DNA of 64,000 bases from a virus. Of this stretch, positions 56,736 through 64,000 are shown piece by piece (the stretch's first letter is position 1; the number at the start of each line of letters is the position of its first letter). The stretch is from IMG/VR virus record IMGVR_UViG_3300040816_000831; one strand, 5' to 3'. A model generated the notes under the pieces. That model saw nothing but the letters and a program-made list of their open reading frames with translations, searched no databases and was not told the origin of the DNA. The position numbers were made by a program, and so were the translations under genes.

Positions 56736-59700
56736 TTATACAGGAATCGCACTTGACATGACCTTTACTGCCATACTTGTTGCACTTCCTGGTGTGATTT
56801 GTAATAATATATTACCACTTGAAATTGTAGCATTGAATGTACCTAATGAAGCATTATCGAATAATGTTCCATATTCTGTAATATAAACAGTTGTACCATC
56901 ATGAATTAAATTAATTTCTGTTGAATGGTAATCTGTTCCTTGTGTACATTGTACTAAATATTTAATTGTTCTATATGTTGCTGCAGCATGTGTTGCAATT
57001 GTTGTTGCACTTGTAGATGCTACAGTTGTTGCTGTAACTGTTTGTGGTATTAATACGGTTGTATCATACATTGTTGCATCATCAATTGACCCTACAGCTG
57101 GTTGTTGTAATTCAGTTGTTTTAGGTATAATAACCTCAATTGAATCACCACTTGCTGGTGCACCTGTAAATGATAATGTTGTACCACTAACACTATATTC
57201 TGATTTTTCCTGATATACACCATCTAAATAAACGAATGTATTATTTTCATTCATTGGTGCAAGTGTTAATGTAAAGTCTGTTGTACTATTATCACCAGTA
57301 AAGTTATTTCTTACAAGTGATTGACCTGATATTAAATCACTGACAATATGAACAACAACTTCTTCGCCAGAACCTGGAGCACCTGAAAGAGTTAATGTAC
57401 TACTAGTTAATGAATATGAATTTTTATTCTGATAAACACCTTCGACAAATACAATTAAATTATCTTCTGAACTTGGTGTAACACTTAAAACAAAATCAGT
57501 AGTAACTGCATCAGCTGTTGTAAATAAATCTGTTGTAAATGGAGAATAAGATGTTCTTCCATCAATTGTAACTGTATCTGTTGAAGCATCTGTTGTAATT
57601 GCAACACCATTTTGACCAACCAATGTTAATGTATCATTTGTGCTATCTGCTGCAACAGTTGTTTGTCCACTTACTGCAATATTACCAAATGCATTATCTC
57701 CAGTAGCATTATTTGTAATTGTAATTGTATCAGTAGAAGCATTTGTAGTAATTGCAATACCTGTACCTGCTGCCAATGTTAATGTATCAGTTGCACTATC
57801 TGCAACTACATCACTTTGACCACTAACGGCAATTGTTTCAAATAAGTTTTGTATTGCTCCACTACTTACTGTTGCAAAACTTAAATTACCAGAACCATCT
57901 GTTTGTAATACTTGTCCACTTGAACCATCGCTGGTTGGAAACTTGTATGCGTTGTTAAATGTAATAGCACCACTATCGTTACCATCAATCTTAAATTGCA
58001 CATCACTCAAATTACTGGCATCAACTGATGTACCGTCTGTGGTAACTGCAACCGTAAACTGTGTTCTGTTAGCATTGTTGGTGTTGTCAAAAGCAAACTG
58101 TCCACCAACAATAAGTGCTGAACCATTATAGTATTCGTGGTTACTTCTAAATAGATAATCACCTGATTGTATAGCACTTGGTGAGGCAATTGTACCTCTG
58201 TATCTTCTTGTTCTTATATCTGGAGCGTCAGCATTATCATTGTATTGCTCCATACGAATCTGTGCTGTTTGAGCACCCACACCTGTCATATGTAGTGTTA
58301 CTTCAGGTGAGGATTGGTTAATACCCAATCTATTACTACTAGTATCAACTGCTAGTGTACTATTACTTACAATACTAGTACCATCTCCGCCAACAACCAG
58401 TAATTCGTTAACACTACCTAGTGTAATACCAGTAGGTACACCGGCTTTTGCAAGAACATAAGCAGAATCAATTAATGCAATAGTTTCTGCAGAATCTAGG
58501 AAGTCATAAGTTAGTTGACGAGCTTGTACCCAAGAAGAATCAAGTTGAACACTATCATCGTAAATCCCACCTATAACATTTAAACCGTCAATAGTAATTT
58601 CAGCTTTCTTAGTATTGTTATTGTAGAACTCAATACCGCCATTCTTATAGAATTCAGCCATCTTCTCAGCATTACCGCCATGGCTTAATACAATACTAAT
58701 ACCGTTTGTATCAAGTACTAAATTGCCGGTGCCAAGATCTCGTACAAAGCTATTTCCACCATTGTGATAGATCTCTAAATCAGATCCATCACCCATAATT
58801 AATCTTTCGTTATCAGACCATCTAGTAGTGCGTACATCAGCTGAATCAAAATCTGTTTTAGTACCGATAAGTGCAACTAACGTTCCATAAGCAGAATCAT
58901 CATCATTGAGAGCTGCGGCAATCTCATTTAATGTATTTAATGTGGTAGGAGCCCCATCAATTAATGCATTAATTTGTGCAGTAACAAAAGTGCTATCAGC
59001 AAAATTAGACGTGTTATAGGTAATCTGGTTTGCTTGTACGTATGTTGCATCAATAACGCCGGTAACAGTAGTAGAATCTAAATAATTTGCATCATTAATA
59101 AATTCTGATACATTTGAATATGTAGTTTGTCTAGCTTGAACATATGCAGAGTCAATTAATCCAAGTGTGTCAGCAGAATCATATTTAGTAAATCCATCAG
59201 CTGTTACGATAGAAAGTACAGATGCAGAATCAACACCAGCTTCTGGAATAGTTACTCGTGCATTGATATAAGCAGAATCAACAAGTCCAGTAATAATTGG
59301 AACATAACCAGCTGAATCACCAGAGATTGCAGTAATAGTAACCGCATCACCTGAATCTGCACCAGATACAAGAGTAACTGAGGTGCTACCAGTTGTTGTA
59401 TAATCATTACCTGGTCTGAGTAAGATACCGTTTAAATGAACTTGTAGATTTGACGGTGCAAACGAAAGCGTATTACCATCGTCGTCAGTGCCACTAAAGA
59501 CCGTCTGACCAGAATCAGCCGTATAATGATAATCATCAAGCGATACACGCTGAGAATAGGTATCGTATGCAATGATTCTTACTTCATCGGCTGAATCAGC
59601 AGCATCCGTTAACGTAATTGTATTATTATTTGTTGTTGTGTAATCTGACTGCTTGAGTAAGATACCATTGACAAATACTTGAATATTATCTGTACCGATA

Positions 59701-62700
59701 AAGGATAGGATCGATCCACCATCATCAGCACCAGTAAATGATGTTTGTCCTGAGTCTGCCGTAAAGTCAAAGTGGTTAACTTCACTTACACCACCACCGA
59801 TTGCTCTGCCAGCAGTGAAGTTAAAGACTGTAACAAAGTCGCCTGAGTCAACACCTTGGGTGAATGTGATCGTACTTGAATTAGTAGTCAGGAAATCATT
59901 TCCTGGAACCATTAAAGTACCATTCAAGAAGACTAATACATCGGTCGCATTATATGTTAGACTATTACCATCGCGATCAGCACCAGTAAAGACTGTCTGT
60001 CCTGAATCACCAAGGAACTCAAACTGATTCACACCTTGAAGTGTTGCATCAGGTATAATGCTAAGCACTGCTGCAGAATCTAATCCACCAGATCCACCGC
60101 CAGCATCCGCTTCTCTTAATGCAACATAAGCTGAGTCAACAGTAGCTTGTATTAATGCTATTGTTGCTGCAGAATCCGTTCCTGCTACAGCGTCTACTCT
60201 TGCATTGATATATGCTGAATCAATTAACCCGAGAGTATTAGTAGAATCGTAAGTAGTATATCCCGCACCATTTGTTAATTGGTTATTATTTGTCGGTATA
60301 CTTGAATTATTAGCTAATTGTACCCATGATCCAGCATGTGCAAAATAAGCAGCGCCAGTAGCATGGACATGTGCAAACATGCCATGATAAGATGAAGCAT
60401 TTGGTAAAGCACCAATTGAATCATAAACGTTTGAGTACAAAATCTTATTTGTACCCATATCAAGATCAGATCCAGTGATAAGAGCAATTGCTTCAGCTGA
60501 ATCTAAAGCATCAGTTAAGTAACCTTGCGTTGCAATCAATGCGATTGCTTCAGCTGAATCTAAGAAATCATATGTAGTCTGATTTGCTTGAACATAAGCA
60601 GCATCGATAACGCCTTGAACTGTAGTTGAATCAAGATAATTAGCGTCATTTGTGAAAGTTGATACAGTTGTTGGTGCACCAGTTAATGAACTGTATGCAA
60701 AATCTTGTGGTGTTTGGCGTAATTGTACATACGCTGAATCAATAGTTGTTATAACATATGATTGAGTTGCTAATCCAGCCGCAGTAACATCAGAATCAAA
60801 TCCAAGATACTCACCTGTTAATGTCCTTGCTGCAAACGGTGCTAGACTAAATGATGCATGCGCTGTATTAATTTGTACTGCAGCATCCGGTTCAAGAGTA
60901 TAACCTTCATAAACCTTAAATGTATTGTCATCGGCATCTCGGAACATACCAACATGAGCATATGATCCGTCATCATTAACATTTGCTGCCCAACCAACAT
61001 CAATACTTGCAGTTGGAGAACCTGCTGACTCACCAGCATTCATATAGATCATGTTATCAGTAACTGATAAATCTTCAGAATTTACAGTTACTGTTGTACC
61101 ATTAACTTGTAGATTACCACCAATAATAGCATTACCTGTTACATTTAACGTAGCAAACGTAACACTATCAGTACTATTTAAAGTTTGGTCAGGATTTGAT
61201 TGTCTAGCTTGAATATACGCGCTATCAATTAATCCAAGGGTATCGACCGAATCATACTTAGTAAATCCATCTGAAGTTACAAGCGCAAGAACTGCGGCTG
61301 AATCTGTACCAGGGGTTTGTCTTGCCTGAACGTAAGCACTATCGATGAGTGATAAAATCTCTTGGTTAATTAGTGCAGAGTCAGTTCCACCTGCTACAAT
61401 ATTTTGGACTGTAATTATATCAGCAGAATCTGCTCCTACAGCTAAAACAATGCTTGATGCATCGTTAGCTGTATAATCAATGCCATTTACTTGTAAAATA
61501 CCATTAAGATAAACAACTACACTATGTGGCATGTAAACAAGTGAATTTCCATTATCATCAGTACCACTAAACGTAGTATCACCTGAATCAGCTGTAAATG
61601 TGTATGAACGAATTCCTCTAAATGTTCCATCTGGAATCAATCGAGTAACTTCAACCGAGTCAAGACCTCCAGATGTAACGTTAAATGCAGTAATAACATC
61701 TGCAGAATCGGCAGCCTGATTTAAAATAATAGACGATCCACTTGTTGCAGTGTAATCTACACTATCAACAAGTAAAATACCATTTACAAATACTTGTAAC
61801 GAAGGACGTGAATAAACTAATGTATTCCCATTATCGTCAATACCGGTAAATGTAGTGTCACCTGAATCAGCTGTAAATGTGTACGTTCTTAGTCCACGAT
61901 ATGTTCCATCAGGAAGTTTTTCAATTACATAATCTGAATCAACTGTTCCGTTAATAATTGAAATAACTTGAGCAGAATCAGTTGAAGAAACTCTAGCATT
62001 AATATATGCAGAGTCAATAATACCTTCTATAAACGCAGAGTCTCTGAAAATATCAGCTTGAATTGATTGAACATAAGCAGAATCGACTGTAGAAGTGATT
62101 AATGATATTACCGCAGATGAATCTGTACCAGGAGCTTGCCGAGCTTGAACATATGCAGAATCAACAACAGCAATTAATGCAGCCGAATCAATATTTGCCT
62201 CGGTAAGACTATTAATGTATGTTGCATCGATAACGCCAGTAACAGTCGTAGAATCAAGATAATTTGCATCGTTTGTAAATGTTGATACTGGTAAACCTGT
62301 AACAAACGCAGAATCTGTAAAGTCGCTTGTATTATATGTAATCTGGTTTGCTTGTATATAATTATCATCAATAACACCTATAACAGTAGTGCTATCTAAA
62401 TAGTTAGTATCATTAGTAAATTGGCTTAGATTAGTTGGTGCACCAGTTAAAGATGAATATGCAAAATCCTGAAGAATCTGTCTTGCTTGAACATAAGCCG
62501 AGTCTACGAGTGAAGTTACTCCAGCCGTATTTAATTTTGTATCAACTACTGTTACTAATGCAGCAAGAGCATCAGAATCATTTTGTAATGCAGTTGCAAT
62601 CTCGTTTAATGTATCAAGTGCAATCGGGGCACCATCAACAAGATTGCTAATCTGTGTAGCTACATAATTTGAATCAACAAAATCTGCAGTCGAATAAGTA

Positions 62701-63575
62701 GTCTGATTTGCTTGAACATAAGCAGCATCGATAATACCTTGAACAGTTGTAGAGTCAAGGTAGTTTGTATCATTAGTAAACTCAGATAATGCCGTAGGTG
62801 TTCCAGTTAATGAACTATATGCAAAATCTTGCCTAGCTTGTACGTAGGCTGAATCAACAACAGCAATTAGTGCGACCGAATCAATATTTGCTTCGGTAAG
62901 ACTATTAATGTATGTTGCATCAACTACACCTTGAACAGTTGTAGAGTCAAGGTAATTAGCGTCATTCGTAAACGTTGATACGGTTGTTGGCGCGCCAGTT
63001 AAAGATGAATACGCAAAATCTTGAGGAGTCTGACGTGCTTGTACATGAGCACTATCAATAAGAGCAATAGTTTCTGCAGAATCCAAGAAGTCATAAGTTG
63101 TTTGATTCGCTTGAATATATGATGCATCGATAACACCAGTAACAGTTGCAGAATCTAAATAATTAGCATCATTTGTAAATGTTGAAACAGTTGTTGGTGC
63201 ACCAGTCAAAGATGAATATGCAAAATCTTGTCTAGATTGAACGTATGCAGAGTCTACAATATCTTCAACGAATCCAGAGTCACGAATACGGTCTCTTGCT
63301 TGGATATATGCAGTGTCGACAATATTAGTAACAAATGCAGAATCTCTAAAAATATCAGCTTGGCGTGCTTGGATATAAGCAGAATCTACAGTTTGATTGA
63401 TGATTGAGGTAACATCACCACTATCACTAATAGTTCCAGAAACAAGAATACCACCGGCGGTTAATCCATCACCGATATATAATTTTTTATTATTAGTAGT
63501 GTATAGCGGTTCGCCGATATCGGGAGTTATTCCCAATCGATCCGAATCGGTACCTCGTCTAAATTGTAAACCCAT
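56736..63575 (-). CDS. Giant (2279 aa) Asp-Ser-repeat virion fibre protein
   Basis: N-terminal QFRRGT...GEPLYTT..KKLYIGDG.T.GG (tropism-determinant N-terminal-like), DSAY repeats, V(F/Y)xNGxL beta-domains; late promoter 63597-63604. Confidence 0.8.
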   Translation of the reverse strand: MGLQFRRGTDSDRLGITPDIGEPLYTTNNKKLYIGDGLTAGGILVSGTISDSGDVTSIINQTVDSAYIQARQADIFRDSAFVTNIVDTAYIQARDRIRDSGFVEDIVDSAYVQSRQDFAYSSLTGAPTTVSTFTNDANYLDSATVTGVIDASYIQANQTTYDFLDSAETIALIDSAHVQARQTPQDFAYSSLTGAPTTVSTFTNDANYLDSTTVQGVVDATYINSLTEANIDSVALIAVVDSAYVQARQDFAYSSLTGTPTALSEFTNDTNYLDSTTVQGIIDAAYVQANQTTYSTADFVDSNYVATQISNLVDGAPIALDTLNEIATALQNDSDALAALVTVVDTKLNTAGVTSLVDSAYVQARQILQDFAYSSLTGAPTNLSQFTNDTNYLDSTTVIGVIDDNYIQANQITYNTSDFTDSAFVTGLPVSTFTNDANYLDSTTVTGVIDATYINSLTEANIDSAALIAVVDSAYVQARQAPGTDSSAVISLITSTVDSAYVQSIQADIFRDSAFIEGIIDSAYINARVSSTDSAQVISIINGTVDSDYVIEKLPDGTYRGLRTYTFTADSGDTTFTGIDDNGNTLVYSRPSLQVFVNGILLVDSVDYTATSGSSIILNQAADSADVITAFNVTSGGLDSVEVTRLIPDGTFRGIRSYTFTADSGDTTFSGTDDNGNSLVYMPHSVVVYLNGILQVNGIDYTANDASSIVLAVGADSADIITVQNIVAGGTDSALINQEILSLIDSAYVQARQTPGTDSAAVLALVTSDGFTKYDSVDTLGLIDSAYIQARQSNPDQTLNSTDSVTFATLNVTGNAIIGGNLQVNGTTVTVNSEDLSVTDNMIYMNAGESAGSPTASIDVGWAANVNDDGSYAHVGMFRDADDNTFKVYEGYTLEPDAAVQINTAHASFSLAPFAARTLTGEYLGFDSDVTAAGLATQSYVITTIDSAYVQLRQTPQDFAYSSLTGAPTTVSTFTNDANYLDSTTVQGVIDAAYVQANQTTYDFLDSAEAIALIATQGYLTDALDSAEAIALITGSDLDMGTNKILYSNVYDSIGALPNASSYHGMFAHVHATGAAYFAHAGSWVQLANNSSIPTNNNQLTNGAGYTTYDSTNTLGLIDSAYINARVDAVAGTDSAATIALIQATVDSAYVALREADAGGGSGGLDSAAVLSIIPDATLQGVNQFEFLGDSGQTVFTGADRDGNSLTYNATDVLVFLNGTLMVPGNDFLTTNSSTITFTQGVDSGDFVTVFNFTAGRAIGGGVSEVNHFDFTADSGQTSFTGADDGGSILSFIGTDNIQVFVNGILLKQSDYTTTNNNTITLTDAADSADEVRIIAYDTYSQRVSLDDYHYTADSGQTVFSGTDDDGNTLSFAPSNLQVHLNGILLRPGNDYTTTGSTSVTLVSGADSGDAVTITAISGDSAGYVPIITGLVDSAYINARVTIPEAGVDSASVLSIVTADGFTKYDSADTLGLIDSAYVQARQTTYSNVSEFINDANYLDSTTVTGVIDATYVQANQITYNTSNFADSTFVTAQINALIDGAPTTLNTLNEIAAALNDDDSAYGTLVALIGTKTDFDSADVRTTRWSDNERLIMGDGSDLEIYHNGGNSFVRDLGTGNLVLDTNGISIVLSHGGNAEKMAEFYKNGGIEFYNNNTKKAEITIDGLNVIGGIYDDSVQLDSSWVQARQLTYDFLDSAETIALIDSAYVLAKAGVPTGITLGSVNELLVVGGDGTSIVSNSTLAVDTSSNRLGINQSSPEVTLHMTGVGAQTAQIRMEQYNDNADAPDIRTRRYRGTIASPSAIQSGDYLFRSNHEYYNGSALIVGGQFAFDNTNNANRTQFTVAVTTDGTSVDASNLSDVQFKIDGNDSGAITFNNAYKFPTSDGSSGQVLQTDGSGNLSFATVSSGAIQNLFETIAVSGQSDVVADSATDTLTLAAGTGIAITTNASTDTITITNNATGDNAFGNIAVSGQTTVAADSTNDTLTLVGQNGVAITTDASTDTVTIDGRTSYSPFTTDLFTTADAVTTDFVLSVTPSSEDNLIVFVEGVYQNKNSYSLTSSTLTLSGAPGSGEEVVVHIVSDLISGQSLVRNNFTGDNSTTDFTLTLAPMNENNTFVYLDGVYQEKSEYSVSGTTLSFTGAPASGDSIEVIIPKTTELQQPAVGSIDDATMYDTTVLIPQTVTATTVASTSATTIATHAAATYRTIKYLVQCTQGTDYHSTEINLIHDGTTVYITEYGTLFDNASLGTFNATISSGNILLQITPGSATSMAVKVMSSAIPV
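58440..63400 (-). repeat. Internal repeats of the giant fibre gene (QDFAYSSLTGAPT..STFTNDANYLDSTTV.G.IDA.Y.QA and (I/V)DSAY(V/I)QARQ)
   Basis: Visible in both translation and DNA; approximate bounds. Confidence 0.85.
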
Positions 63576-63599
63576 ATCTTACCTCAAGCTTTAAACTAT

Positions 63600-64000
63600 T
63601 TATATGGCACCCATATCTAGTGAAAATGTAACTGGTGCAGAAAAAGTACCAAAGTCAAAAGCTTGGGTAACATTTGCTCCAATCGTAATTCTTTTACTTG
63701 CAACATCTGTTGAAATTTGAACACCATTACCAGCTGCAAATGTAATTGTATCACCGCCAGTAGTAGCATCAACAGACAAATCCCCAACAACCGCAACAGT
63801 ACCAAAGTTCTCGGCAAAGTCACCTACTCGTAATGCAACATATGCTGAATCAACAATTGTTGCAACATAGTCATCGCCGACTAAGGTTTGGATAAATGCG
63901 CTATCGACTGCACTTCGTATTTGATCAGAATCTGCAGGACTTACGGTTGTTGATGCAATTCCAGAAACAAATGCTGAATCTGGAATTGAAGGGGCATTAA
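63600..64000 (-). CDS. 3' end of another Asp-Ser-motif structural protein (partial; not in ORF track)
   Basis: Hand translation ...PDSAFVSG...VDSAFIQ...VDSAYVALR...DFGTFSAPVTFSLDMGAI*, stop at 63600-63602. Confidence 0.75.
   Translation of the reverse strand, partial: NAPSIPDSAFVSGIASTTVSPADSDQIRSAVDSAFIQTLVGDDYVATIVDSAYVALRVGDFAENFGTVAVVGDLSVDATTGGDTITFAAGNGVQISTDVASKRITIGANVTQAFDFGTFSAPVTFSLDMGAI

Noticed and set aside
58440-63400. CRISPR-like array
   Set aside because: Repeats are in-frame, degenerate at third positions and irregularly spaced: protein repeats.
94-63594. Plus-strand ORFs in the ORF track
   Set aside because: All are antisense shadows of clear minus-strand genes, with no SD or recognisable motifs.
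1595-63823. Short alternative-frame minus-strand ORFs (1595, 11207, 12539, 17929, 19417, 24756, 25375, 37290, 58007, 60842, 62174, 63617)
   Set aside because: Nested out of frame in longer genes; 63617-63823 is the wrong frame of the partial gene ending at 63600.
1-64000. Alternative genetic code / stop-codon recoding
   Set aside because: Core genes are full length in the standard code and TAA, TAG and TGA all act as stops.

Overview
64 kb of an AT-rich T4-like (Tevenvirinae/Kyanoviridae-type gene order) myophage genome, probably marine and infecting a non-photosynthetic proteobacterium (inference). Essentially all real genes are on the minus strand. In transcription order (right to left): a ~23 kb tail-fibre/adhesin array including a 2279-aa Asp-Ser-repeat protein; neck, terminase, tail and head genes (gp13-gp23, gp3) with a RimK-like ATP-grasp ligase inserted between gp17 and gp18; uvsY, uvsW, gp55, gp47, gp46, tRNA-Ala, a VWA/CobS pair, gp45, gp44, gp62, regA, hsp20 and gp43; a block of nucleotide and nuclease genes; and, at 1-6.5 kb, a candidate new DNA hypermodification system. 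That cluster combines a T4 gp42-type dCMP hydroxymethylase, dCMP deaminase, an Nmad1-like protein, a divergent myo-inositol-1-phosphate synthase, a HAD phosphatase, an aGPT-PPlase-family base-modifying protein, an SGNH-fold protein and a C5 cytosine methyltransferase with a degenerate SAM motif. Two of these proteins end in the same clamp-binding-type tail as the DNA polymerase. Regulatory signals read from the sequence: ten sigma70-type promoters (one on the opposite strand), many TATAAATA late promoters, probable leaderless transcripts, and a ROSE-like RNA thermometer upstream of hsp20. All calls come from motif recognition by eye; no searches were run.
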